The notes beneath the pieces were generated by a model, which saw only the letters and a list, made by a program, of their open reading frames with translations, was not told the DNA's origin and searched no databases. The translations under genes and the position numbers were made by a program. From Botryllus schlosseri (Eukaryota), in NCBI GenBank assembly GCA_051294905.1, contig CM119371.1, positions 8,682,001 through 8,746,000 on the forward strand: 64,000 nucleotides of DNA, written 5' to 3'. Numbering within the stretch: position 1 is the first letter of the stretch; each line of letters starts with the position of its first letter. Of this stretch, positions 13,363 through 26,111 are shown piece by piece.

Positions 13363-15906
13363 CGGGGTTGTTCTGAGTTGACCAACTCTAAAAAAATCGT
13401 GATGTTCAGTCCGTTTCCCATACCTTTTACCTTGAAAACCTTGTACCTAAATAGTAAATACCTTATACCTTGCATCTGTGTGCAATCCGTGCATGTAGAG
13501 CTGGAAGAATATTGGATGGAGATGATGGATTCACCTATAATTCTAGTTACCTAGCCTGCTAAAATGCAATAAATAACACGGTTTATGCAGCTGTTGTGGT
13601 TTGGGGTGATGCAAAACCTCGTTATCGATTTTATTTTGAGTTCAGGACACCATTTTCATATTGCTTACTGTCGTAGAAATTCACAAATCTATATAAAACT
13701 CAGCATCATTTTGCACGATTCATCATGTTAAAGAATATAACTGTAAACATATCATCTACTCGCACAGCGACATTAAAAAAATCCATATATTTATTGAAAT
13801 TAACGACATAACAGAAAAAATGGATAGCAAAACGAAACAACATAACAAATAAATGGATTAGTTTGACAAAAACGCAATGCCTATTCTGTGGATGAATCGA
13901 TTTATTTTTAAAAATTTCTGAATCTTTTCCAGTGATCTTCCTGAAACCTTGTAACAGACTGGCTTGCTTTTTCTGTCGTCTGGTATGTACATAGCTGTGT
14001 TTAATTTTGTCATTCGCGCTGCTGCATCGTCAACCAGGATACTTGACGACTATTAACGAATTCCCGAGCACTCACGAAACGCGTAATTCTACAACATTCT
14101 GCTTTTGGAAGACTCGACCCAATTTCGTCTTGAAGCTATAGCATCAATATGAATCATCATTACGTCCCAATCAAATGTACAAACAGGACATAGGTAGGCT
14201 ATCTGTCTGGGAATAGTATTACAGGAGCTTTTAGAGTAATAAATTTACATGAATTAGTTGAAAATTGAAAAAAGTGGAAATATAAGTTGAAAATTCGATA
14301 TCACTGCTGTGGAGAGTGGTAGCTGCTTTTGAATAAAATATGGATGGTGGAGATCTAGCTGTAAGTTCACCTTCGTTGCTTCGTAATGGTGCAGGCTGTC
14401 TTGTAGTTATGTTCAGTCTTATTATTCTCTGATTTTAACTTTCATCAATCAATATTTGACGTCAATCGTTCCTAATGTGGTATTCTCTAATCATGGTAGG
14501 TGGTTATGTCATCTTTTGCAACAATCCTCGAAATCGAGTCAGCGGCTCATTTTTCGATATCCTTGCATAGTATAGCTACAAATTCATTTTGTGATGTCGC
14601 CAAATATCATTGGCTGCAGTTTTTCATAGCCACGAAAGATTTTGACTAACTGTTTGAATCCTATCCATGGCGTTGACTTTCGTGTTAATCTTTATGCCAC
14701 CCATATAACCAGAATCCCCACTTCATTAACTGCGTTTTGGATGCGTAAATTTACAAGTAAATTTCCTACAGATGACTCTCTCAGATGCAGCACATATTCT
14801 ATGAGTTGGAACTGCTATTGCCACATAGGCTCTCCTGATGTGACTGCGACAGTTGAAGCGAAAAGACGATGAAGAAATGTGAAGGCAAAGCATTTACCAT
14901 GATCAGGGGGCTGCAGATTAGGAACGAGTGGTGGCTAAGATAAAGAGTGGTTAGTTAAACTCGGGCAACAAGAAAAAGACTGAATATAACTGCTGAAAAT
15001 CGTGCACCGCCGCATCAAGTAGCAAAAATAAAATACAGAGACCTCATCCCTATCTTCACAAGCAGCTGACGCTCCCTACAGCAATGAATCCATCCATCCA
15101 TCCATCCATCTGAATTATCCACTCTGAAAGTTACTGTAAACCGAATCAGTGACAGAGATCTCTGTGTCAGGTTTTTGATCGCTGATTCATTGAAGACGGA
15201 ATCTTGGTTCATATTGGTGGTATAGTGGTCGAACACCGTGGGTCCTGTCTACCAGTTTCAGAATTGCATAGTTCTCCGCATTTCATGATTGCGCGGGAAT
15301 TTGCGAAAAATATTCATGTAGTTAACGATTCAGCAAAACGTATGATAAAACTTAATACCACTGCCAACATTCATCTACCATTCTACCTGATTAGTTTTGG
15401 ATTTTTGTCAAATCAATCCGTTTCTTTGTTTTGTTGTTTCGTTTTGTTATCCATATTCCTGTTATGCTGTTACGATTCACTAAATAATTTGATGTTGCAA
15501 ATGTCAATGTCGTTGTGGGAGTGGAGGGTACATTCACAGCTATAGTTTTTAACATTGTGAATCGTGTAAAATGATGCTGAGATGTAGGTTGGTTTGAACA
15601 TTTCTAAGGCAGTGATCAATATGTAAAGAGTGTCCTGAACTCATAATAATATCGACAGTGAGGTTTGAATTACCCTAGGACTAAACCATAGCAGCAGCAT
15701 AAAACCTGTTATTTATCTTACATTTTAGTAGGCTAGGACAAATCGCGGCACTCATATTATAGCGGAACCTCCATTTCCATCCGATATTCTTCCAGCTTAA
15801 CATGCACACAGAGAGAAAAGTAGCTAGAAGAGGGTTTTAAGGTGTAAAGGATGGGGAAAGGACTGACCAAAACATTTTGAACGTCGGTCAATTCTGAACA
15901 ACCCTG
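13363..15906. mobile_element. Old DNA transposon with ~390-bp diverged TIRs and a transposase remnant (superfamily uncertain)
   Basis: 13363-13750 is the reverse complement of ~15530-15906 (GGGTTGTTC.GA.TTGACC...AGCTGGAAGAATAT.GGATGGA...CTCAGCATCATTTT.CACGATTCA). Remnant peptide FMIAREFAKNIHVVNDSAKRMIKL at ~15280-15355. Confidence 0.7.
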
Positions 15907-16095
15907 ATGAATGATTGCGCGGGCCGCTTCGGTTCTTGGTGAGATTCTATAAAAAAAAAGGCGTCATTAGCTAGCTACTTTTAGCTAATTTGATGGGTTC
16001 AAGGGAACTAATAACTGTGCTCATATGTTTTTATGCATATGCTTGCTACGCACCATAATCGGTAATATATATGTTATGAAACATGTGCTTGTATC

Positions 16096-16735
16096 TAGGG
16101 CTGGTCACAATGATTCGATTTCTCGAATCTAAATCGAGTCTTAATTTTATTAATTCGAGTCGAGTAGTGAAATACGATTTGTTCGAGTATTGAAATTATA
16201 CGCTCCTCGTCACCGAAAGTTACTTTATCAATCAGAATTATAGTTTCGATACTAATTTTCTCTGTTCAACCCTTGAAACTTTGACTGGTCGTATCGTAGC
16301 ATGCGAGACATATAGTGCAAGCTACGATCAATCAATAAATCAGGTTTATCAATATATTCATCGTTTCAAAACATCACAAGACTGCGATACAATGAAAAGA
16401 TAGGAAGGTGTCGAAACAACTGGGAGTAGCCTATAAGATCAGACACCCACCGCGCTACTGGAAATAGCACATTTTCGAAGTCATGATTATCCCACAACAT
16501 TGTCACCAAGTGCAATGAAATCGGTATTGTCGAAAAACTACTAAAGTATCTTTAATGTGATGGATAACAGGCATTATATTCTTTGTGGTCGTATAAAAGG
16601 TACATATTTGAACCTTGACATATTACATTTTGTTATATGTCATAATGAGTGATACTCGATTACTCGACTCGACTCGGAAGCATATTCCGTGATTCAGAAT
16701 CGAATCACTCAGGAACTCGATTTTGCCCAGCCCCA
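16096..16735 (+). mobile_element. hAT MITE, TAGGGCTGGGC family
   Basis: TIRs TAGGGCTGG/CCAGCCCCA, perfect TSD cttgtatc. Confidence 0.9.
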
Positions 16736-17249
16736 CTTGTATCTATTCACTAGTCGCGCGGAACGGGAGCCCACTTCGCGAGTCGCGGTGTCTCGGTGTG
16801 TCCTTGAACAGAGATTGCTGACGCTGAAATGACACAGTCTGATAGCACAGAACCAGCAGGCTGCACAGTGCACCCTCTCAGATTGAAGCATTCCAGCGGC
16901 CTCAAGCGAAACTAGGAATATGCCGTTCTCTCACAATTTCGAATGAATGATACACATATGTAAATTATGGACGATACTTTATACATGAAGGAATGATCAT
17001 TGCAGTACGTAAATCACATGTGGCCTCTTGAACAATAAGGTTTACCACTTCGGTCATCTCCGTTCAATTTGTCATTTGCGTTTATCGTTGAGCTAATGTT
17101 TGGTGAATGCGAAGAAATGTATTGTGATGAAACGCTTATAACGTGTAGGCTAATTTTAAAGTTTTGTACTGCAAATCATATATGCAACAACAAATAAAAT
17201 ATTTGAAGAGCTTCTTAGAGGTACAGAACTTCAATATACAATTAAATAC

Positions 17250-17746
17250 TATTCATATTGAAATGAACCCGAATATTTTCGGATGACGCTCGGCAGGGGT
17301 AATCGTCAGCAACTAGTGAAGAATTGGAAGGAACATTGCATATCAACAATCGTATCACAAAATATGACATAACCAGCACGAGATTGCGAATAAGAGAGCG
17401 TTCAATTTACTATTTTTAGATGGTACATGAACTCCTGTTGTTGACACAGCCTTGGCAGGTGTATTTTGATAAAAGTCGACTCCAAGGCACACAAATGAAA
17501 GTGCGAACGGCCCCTTCCAACGACGCGAAATATGTCGTCCAGATAATTTATCGCACAAGCGGGATTATCCAACAGTGTTAGTGTACCATCTAAACATAGT
17601 ACATTCAACACTCTCTTATTCGTAGTTTCATGATGGTGACTTCATCTTTTGAGATACGATTGTTGATGTACTATTTCTCCTATTTGCTGACGAAGACCCC
17701 AGATGAGTGTCAGCGGAAAATATTTGGGCCCATTTCAATATGAATA
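17250..17746. mobile_element. Foldback MITE with ~150-bp inverted arms
   Basis: TATTCATATTGAAATG...CGTCAGCAA...CAACAATCGTATC...GAATAAGAGAG is mirrored at 17605-17746. Confidence 0.7.
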
Positions 17747-18729
17747 TTATATATACTATTCAAAATACAATATTGCTTGGTAAATATCATCAGAAATAAG
17801 ATCATTTTTGTCTACCTTGTGAAAACGCAGCGGTTTGACCGCTACTTAAAAGAAATGTCGTATTTGTGAACACGCGTATACGGCTATAGCCCCTTCCAAA
17901 ATGTCTTAGATCAGTGGTTCCCGGCACGCGCACCAAAAAGACGCACACGATTCTCAATTGGGGTTTATTCACTGACAAATATTACCTATGGACAATGGAC
18001 ATCGTGGTTTTCGGTCAACAGAATGACAATCGTTTTCGGCCAAGGTTTTCTCGCTGTCGCGCTTTTTTCCCTTTACTTAATTAATTTGATCAGCTGTTGC
18101 AATTGCAGTCCCTTCTCGGAAACCTTTTTGAGCTTCATTCGCACTTTTTTTTGTAAAATAAATTTCATTCGCACAAACTAACCGAAAATTGCTATACAAA
18201 AAGAAGTTGGAGATACTTAACAACATTTTGTTCAGGTGTGCAACAAATTGGCTACTATGTAGATTAAGCTATCAAGTGTCTCATTAGAAAGGCAACTTTT
18301 TTCGCCCGTTTTGATATCAACTATTTTACTGAAACCGTTTTCGGCCAAATAAGTTGTTAAGTTTTCTACAAGATCGTCTACTAGTGCTTGGATGGCCAGG
18401 TCTTAAAATCTGTTCTGCAGTCTTACCCAAAATACAGCGTATTATTAGCGAGTGAAAAATGCTGGTTGGCAGAAATCGTTTTTGAGAGCTGACACAAAGG
18501 TCCAGGAGGCTCCAGTTTGTCGAAAGGATGGAAAAAACACATGTTTGTGTTGATCCTTTTGCCTCATGTCTAGGAAAATAAGGTTCAAAACGATGAAAGG
18601 CACATTAGAGCTCGCTACCTTATAATACGTTGCTCCAACTTGTGTTCTGTTTTTTTCCCCATTTTCTGTCTCGCGAGTATATGTGAAGAGCAAATAAACT
18701 CACTATACTGTGTGTTCGTCTATTTAGCT

Positions 18730-20791
18730 CAGTGGTTCTTAACCTTTTTTCCTCCAGCGCCCCTTTTTAAAGATTATCGTGCTCCAGCGCCCCCCAACCT
18801 CATATTGTAAGGAATGTAAAATAGACAATGAGTAAGAGGGAGGACCGTAACAGCACTTGGTCAACCCTCCTAAAAACTATTGCCTTGCGCACCCATAGCG
18901 TGATGAACCAAACTTCTGAGGGCTTCGCCCCCAAGAACCCCGTAGCGTGATTTCGATGGTCAGCAAAATTTGTGTGGCCGGTCGCCCTAGCTTTCAAAAT
19001 ATTCTATAATGCATGAATGAATAGGTGGTAATTACATATATATGTCGCTATAAACTCTTTATCCTCTCATCCTACGTAATCAGATTTTTTTACCAGTAGC
19101 GCTGTTGTATTGAAAAATAAAGGGCACGTAACTAATAATTAAACATATTCGGGCGTGCCCGTAGGTACAATTAATTCGTTACCAGGGCCGTAAAAGCACT
19201 TCGTCAGCCCCCCCCCCAAAAAAAACGGTGGTCTTGGGCCCCCATAGGGTGATAAACCAAACTTCCGTGGGGCTTCGCCCCCAGACCCCTCTTCGGCTAT
19301 CCGCTATATGCTGATACTGGTCATCTGCATTGGGTGTCCATTTACTGATCCAGCTATTCTCGCCTAGACGCGCCAAGCGCGGAAAATTTCAATGATTATT
19401 GATTGAATTGGTCAATATGATTTGGAATTGCATATATATTGATATCAATTTTTATCCTCTGTCTGCTCACGTAAACGGATTTACCGATAGAGCTGAGTGA
19501 TGTGTGATTGCAAGGTAGGACCCCTCAATAATAATTATACATCTTCGGGCGTATACCCGTTGGCAGGAACGAAACGACACTTCGTCAGGCTCCCCGAAAA
19601 AACTTGGGTCTTGGGCTGTCATACGGTGATAAACCGACCGCTCCCCATCACGCTTCTGCCACAAAATCTGCTGTACTGTTTGGCGAGCTAGTGCGAAGCA
19701 CAAAAATTTTCGATAATTCATGATAAAATCGGTCTATAAGATTGGGAATTGCATATACATTGCTATCAATTTCTTGTCCTCGCTGCTCAAGTTACCAGAT
19801 TTACCGGTAGAGCTGAGTGAGGTGCAATGTTCCCTCTAATCTGCGCCCGTGCGCACTGCTGACACGGTCTCTGCGCACAGAAAATCTACGTTGCGCACAA
19901 CAAATTCGAAGTTATGACCTTCTTTTATTGTCGCTACGCACTGTTGTCCAAGGGTCTGCGCAGTGAGTTTGTGAGTGTGCGCAGACTCGTAAAACGGAGT
20001 GGGAACATTGTGAGGTGTCTTGGAAACTGTAGGGCCCGTAACTAATAATTAAACATATTCGGGCGGGCGGACCCGTTGGTATGACTTCGTTGCATGAGGT
20101 TATTTCGTGACCTCCTGTCTGCTACATCAAAAAATATAGAATCGCCCAACAGGGATATCGCCAATGTACCCTTTAATTTTTGACGGGTCTAAACACACTC
20201 ACCAACTCACTGCGCAGACCCTTGGAAAACAATGCGTAACGACTAAAAAAAGGTCACCACTTCAGATTTTTTGTGCGCAGCTTAGATTTTCTGTGCGCAG
20301 AGACCGTGAAAGTACTGCGCATTTGCGCACGTGCGCAGCTTAGAGGGAACATTGGACATCGCTCAACAGAGATATCTAGTTTTATATATCCCTGTCGCCC
20401 AATCGTACTAAACTAAAAGACGCACACGATTTCAAATTGGTATTTCTTCACTGGCATATTATTTTTCCCTGCCAGATGGAAGTCGTCTTCTGAGGTTCAG
20501 ATTGCCAAGACAGGAACATTAGGTGCCAGCCATTTAGGTGCCTATGGACAATTAAACCTATATGTCTACTGTAGGCTATATACAACGAGGTTTTCGGTGT
20601 TAGTTCGCTATGAGTACTCATTAAAGATATGTCCTACTACCACATCATCTACTGCGAAGCCATTTTTCTCCAGCGCCCCCTATATCGCCCCCTGAGCCCA
20701 GCGCCCCCATATCGCCCCCTGAGCGTTTCCGCCCCCTTCAAAATAGCCAGCGCCCCTTGGGGGGCGCTGGAGGCAATGTTAAGAACCACTG
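18730..20791 (+). mobile_element. Composite Charlie/Buster-type hAT non-autonomous element with internal tandem modules and two nested small MITEs
   Basis: TIR CAGTGGTTCTTAAC, perfect TSD atttagct, CAGCGCCCC subterminal repeats. Nested CAATGTTCCCTCTAA MITEs at ~19825-20010 and ~20162-20353. Confidence 0.9.
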
Positions 20792-22179
20792 ATTTAGCTT
20801 AATCTAACTTGAGAATGCATATCAGTTTATTAACATTGAAGCAGCTATTTCGACTACCTCGAAAATCTGAGTTTTTGTCGCATCTCGCGATCCGAGCCTC
20901 AATCATGAAAAGTAATTCATTTTTAATATTACAGTAGTATGCTACGATTTTGCGGACATGTAGGCGATGACATACAGAACGCGCACACCACAATTCTACC
21001 CAACACAGCTCTCAAAACATGTCTGACGCACGCGATTTCAAATTAGGGTGATTAAATTCCTCTGCGTGTCGCATTTGTACTTGTCTACTCAGACTGCAAG
21101 AACGGGACAATTCCGTGCCGACAACGGAGCAGATCCATATCGAAATGTTTGGCCATCCAGCATCGGCCATTTTTGGCCAAGGTGTTTTCGCCGCTTATGC
21201 TTTTGGCACCGCATTTTATCAGCGGTATGATGGCCCAAACATTAACGTCTTCATGCGCCCCGACGCAGAAGGGGTTGGCCTCGAAATGAATGAGTCTCAT
21301 AGGCCTGAACTTGCCCATTGCACACCCCTACATTAGTACATCTCAACGGTGTTCGTCCATGTTTTTCAAAAAAGCCATTCGGATAAATCGTATCATGAAT
21401 TCAGATCAAAGGTCGGCGGATTCTCATGATCAAGTCATATTTCTGCGTGTCTCGCTTATTGGCTACAGTACCCAACACCGTGACCTTGGATATGTAAAAA
21501 CTATCGCAGGATTTTTTGCAATAAACCAACCAAATATTACATATACATATTACCAGATAGCTCTGGCACCTTGTCGACCCAAACTTATATCCTTTGCGGG
21601 CCATACTTTATTAACCCTTAAATGAGTAAAAATATGCGTTACAGTAACTTGCAAATGTGATTCTGTAATGATCGTAATTACTACTATCCTCGTGCCTCGC
21701 GCTAATTGAACAGTTATTATAAAAATATGATGATTGTTTAGCGACAGAACGCAGAAAGTCAATTTGACGTCATATTTTTCAGCCTGTCACAGGCTTAAAC
21801 GGGCTGATATACTGTATGTCTGCTATTACACCATGGCGTGTGTATCTGCAGCTTCCAAACCAGACTTTTGGTTACGTAATATTTATAGGGGTAAAATATT
21901 AATTCACTACGGCTTGTAAGAGCTACGATTAGTGGCGCGTCGTAACTTAAACAAGTTACAATCGCGTCGCAACTAGAAAAGTTACACTGCCCCTGAATTT
22001 CCTATTATAGGGTAATTTGAATTATTCTTCGTCAGAAAAATTACCTATCATTTACGATTTTCATTCGCACTCAATCCGGATTTTCATTCGCCCCATTCGC
22101 ACCACTTTCGTCATTCGCACTGCAATTTTTTTCATTCGCACAAGTGCGAACCGTCACACAAGTTGAAAAGCACTGCTAT

Positions 22180-24510
22180 AAACCATTGGTCTCTAAATAG
22201 CGCCCAGCGAGAACAAAATATGAAAGGAGCTGCATCAATTTTCAAAAAAATACTCTATAATTTATGTTCATTCACGAAATAATTTTAGGCGCCCTTCGAG
22301 CTCGCCCGCCATTGGGGCTTTAGGGTGCGGCAGCTGCGGATACTATGAAGCTTACTGTCATGGTAGCTGGTTTCCGTGAAGTGTGCAGCTTGTCGAAATG
22401 GCCTTGTTGTTGAGTCAAGCTTGGAGTTATTCCAAAATTCGCCGTCCCTTGATCGAGCGTATGTCTTTGTGCTTTTTTTATAGAACCGACTTGAATTATC
22501 CCCCTCAAACACGGCGACGAGCTCGGCAATAACCACTAAAAAGACGGGTAGTAAACCAATATTTAGTTTTCTGAACCATCGTTGAATTTCGACTTTCATC
22601 TTCCTTTTTTGCTACCCTTTATGGGTGGTGATAAACTCATTGAAATCACGTGCACTGATTGACTTGTTTTGCGAATTAGGAATATGGAAACACGGCATCG
22701 CGTGAAAATTTGAAACACAGACCGTGTAACGCGGAATGGGACAATATAGAAAGAAGGTTTGGTGAGTTTAATTGTAATGACATAATTTGCTGCATTGACT
22801 TTACTTTGAATCTTGATTAGGTATGTGAGGTACATATAGGCTGCGTAATCGCGGCATCTTGATGAATAGGGTTGATAGTAAACGAATTTCCTGTTCAGTC
22901 TATACCAGTGGTTCTTAACCTTGCCCCCAGCGCCCCCCAGGGGGCGCTGGTGATTTTTAAGGGGGCGGAAACGCTCAGGGGGCGATATGGGGGGCGCTGG
23001 GCTCAGAGGGGCGGTATGTGGGGCGCTGGAGAAAAATGGCTTCGCAGTAGATGGTGAGGTGATAGGACATATCCTTAATGAGTATATATAACAAATTAAC
23101 ACCGAAAACTTCGTTACATATAGCCTTCAAAATACATATAGGTTTAATTGTCCATGGGCGCCTAAATGACTGACACCGAATGTTCCTGTCTTGGCAATCT
23201 GAACCCCAGAAGACGAATTCCATCTGGCAGGGAAAAATTATAAGTCAGTGAAGAAATACCAATCTGAAATCGTGTGCGTCTTTTAGTTTAGTACGATTGG
23301 GCGACAGGGATATTCCTGTTGGGCGATTCTATATTTTTTGCTATTGCAGACAGGGGGTCACGAAATAACATCATGCAACGAAGTCATACCAACGGGTTCG
23401 CCCACCCGAATATGTTTAATTATTAGTAACGGGCCTACAGTTTCCAAGAAACCTCACAATGTTCGCTTTAAGTTTTGATGAGTCTGCGCACACTCAACAA
23501 CTCACTGCGCTGACCCTTGGACAACAGTGCGTATCGACTAAAAAAAGGTAATAACTTCGGATTTGTTGTGCGCAACGTAGATTTTCTGTGCGCAGAGACC
23601 GTGTCAGCACTGCGCAAGTGCGCAGCTTAGAGGGAACATTGCACCTCACTCAGCTCTACCGGTAAATGTGTTTACCTGAGCAGAGAGAGGATAAAAATTA
23701 ATCTCAATTTACATGCAATTCCCGATGATATTGACCAATTCAATCATTAATTAGTGAAATTTTTCGCGCTTCGCGCGACTAGGCGAAAATAGCTGCCTCA
23801 GTAAATGGACACCCAATGTAGATACCTAACAGGCTTTCAGCAAATAGAGGACAGCCTAATGGGGGTCTGGGAGTGAAGTCCCCCGGAAGCTTGGTTTATC
23901 ACCCGATGGGGGCCCAGGACTAACGTTTTTTGTTTGGGGGGGGCTGACGAAGTGCTGTTACGGCCCTGGTAACGAATAATTGTACCTGCGGGCACGCCCG
24001 AGTATGTTCAATTAATAATTACGTGCCCTTTATCTTCCTATACAACAGCTCACTCAGTTTATCGCGACTTATATATGTAATTACCACCTATTCATTCATG
24101 CATTATAGAAAATTTTGGTACCTATGGCGACCAGGCCACACAAACTTTGCTGGCCATCGAAATCACGATAGGGGGTTCGTGGGGACGAAGCCCTCAGAAG
24201 TTCGGTTTATCACGCTTTGGGTGCGCAAGGCAATCGTTTTTAGGGGGTTGACGAAGTGCTGTTACGGCCCTCCCTCTTACTCATTGTCTTTATTACATTC
24301 CTTACATTATGAAGTTGGGGGGGGCGCTGGAGCACGATAATTTTTGAAAGGGGGCGCTGGAGGAAAAAAGGTTAAAAACCACTGGTCTATACATTCTATG
24401 GTCTTGTCCAATGCAGCAACATTAAAAAGTTGGTTTTATATTTTCAATTTCAAGCAACCTTTCGCGGGCTGCACAGAATAGCTCCGCGGGCCGCACTTTG
24501 CCAGGCCTGC
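22180..24510 (-). mobile_element. Partial copy of the CAGGCCTGG/GCGGCCCGCG hAT element (host of 22906-24384)
   Basis: Flanks 22180-22905 and 24385-24510 are the reverse complement of ~38528-39400, where the site is empty. Confidence 0.7.
22906..24384 (-). mobile_element. Second copy of the same hAT element, inverted, nested in an older element
   Basis: TIR CAGTGGTTCTTAACC/GGTTAAAAACCACTG, perfect TSD gtctatac; reverse complement of much of 18730-20791. Confidence 0.9.
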
Positions 24511-24813
24511 GTTAGTAGAGTGTATGGCCACAAAAACGCCACAGAATAAATTTTTCTCAATTCTAAGACAGTGTTAGATGTCCGTAGGGGGTCCGTGAGT
24601 CAGTCGCAGGGGCTCACTTGTGGTCAAAACACAAACTCCACTCATACATCTGACTAGTGATGACACGTCAATATTGTATGCAGTCAATAAGGCGATAACA
24701 GCAGTCGAATTTTCAATGCCGTAATGACATGTCGTGTCCAGTGCCGCTAAAGCTTTGGGTTCAAAATCGAAATGCTCTACATTTTAACTGTCGATTTTAT
24801 CTATATATGTTAT

Positions 24814-25142
24814 CAGGGTCGTAATGATTCGAGTCACAATTTTTAAATGACACGACGTGACTCGAGTCATTTTTTTAAATGCGTAAAATTACCTGACAGG
24901 TACGCGAGTCAGTGTGTATGACTCGAACCAAGTCATATGACTCAAAACTACGACGGCCAAGATTTAATTTTACCTTCGAAGAATAGTAAAGTCCCGCATT
25001 ATTGGTATTTCGTCCAACGGTCCTGATGCATTGAAATAGGGTTAGAAACTGCGAACCATTCTATATCACTAGAGTTGAGTTGAAAAAAGTGGTTGCACCA
25101 GATTAAATTCAAAACTAAACAGTAAACTTGGTTACAACCCTG
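24814..25142 (-). mobile_element. GACTCGAGTC-family MITE (internally deleted), positionally shared with 53111-53448
   Basis: Ends TTACAACCCTG followed by atatttattcactaaactttcc in both paralog units. Confidence 0.7.
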
Positions 25143-25607
25143 ATATTTATTCACTAAACTTTCCAAGTTCTGTGACAATGATGGTGTATTGTATGGTTTT
25201 GTTCTGTCAGAAGTATTGTTGATACGAAGTTCAATTTGCCCGCGAGTGTTCTTTCGTAATGCATTAGACATGCAATTTCATAGATTCGGTTATGTGACTC
25301 ATCAAAAAATGTGGGATTTCGCGAAGGCTTACAGATTAGCGTAGGTTAAAGAACCACTGCTGTAACAATAACTGAAAAACGCCGCTGTACGTGAATTGCG
25401 TTTCCATTAACGTAATCGGTCAAAATTTCGATCATGAGAAATTAGATGCAGATGTTCTGTGCGACTACGAAAATACGTTTTATAGGACTGCATTTGATAT
25501 CCAATATCCTACACAGCTGTGTATCGCACAGTGAAAACACCCGTCATTTCAAGAAACTGGGAACGTCACATTCCAGCTAAAAAACGCCATGAATACACAA
25601 CTGCACC

Positions 25608-25613
25608 TTTATT
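25608..25613 (-). terminator. Polyadenylation signal (AATAAA) of paralog 2
   Basis: AATAAA followed by GGTGCAGTTGTGTATTC (GU-rich); the context is conserved in paralogs 3 and 4. Confidence 0.6.
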
Positions 25614-26111
25614 TGGGATTACACGCAACAAAAACTGAAATGCGACATTCACAAATATTCAGATTCGCAAAGTGGTTGACAACGTTTGATTAGCTAAAAG
25701 TACATCCACGAAAGCTGAACGTTTGCATTACAACTTGAAATTAGTATGAGAAATATTGGTTGGTGTATTGAGAAATATTCCAATATTGATCGACGACACT
25801 CTTTGTCTGATTAAAAGATTATGTCTCATTAAAAGAATATGTCTGATTAAAAGATTACTCTTTTACAGCAATAACGTTCAGAAAATATCTTTACATCCCT
25901 TACAACAATAACGTTCAAAAACAATGGATCAGCACTATTACAATCGTCAAGATCACATACAAATGTTTAATAACAATGGATCAGCACTATTACAATGGTC
26001 GAGATCACATACAAATATCGAATCACGTCAACAACAGTTCAGGTGCGTACAACACAGATAGCGCAATATGTCAGGCGCTCATTCACGATACTTTCGACGT
26101 CAGCCCACTTC

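Noticed and set aside
22596..23102. 168-aa Pro-rich ORF
   Set aside because: It spans a MITE end and its CAGCGCCCC repeats; a chance ORF.
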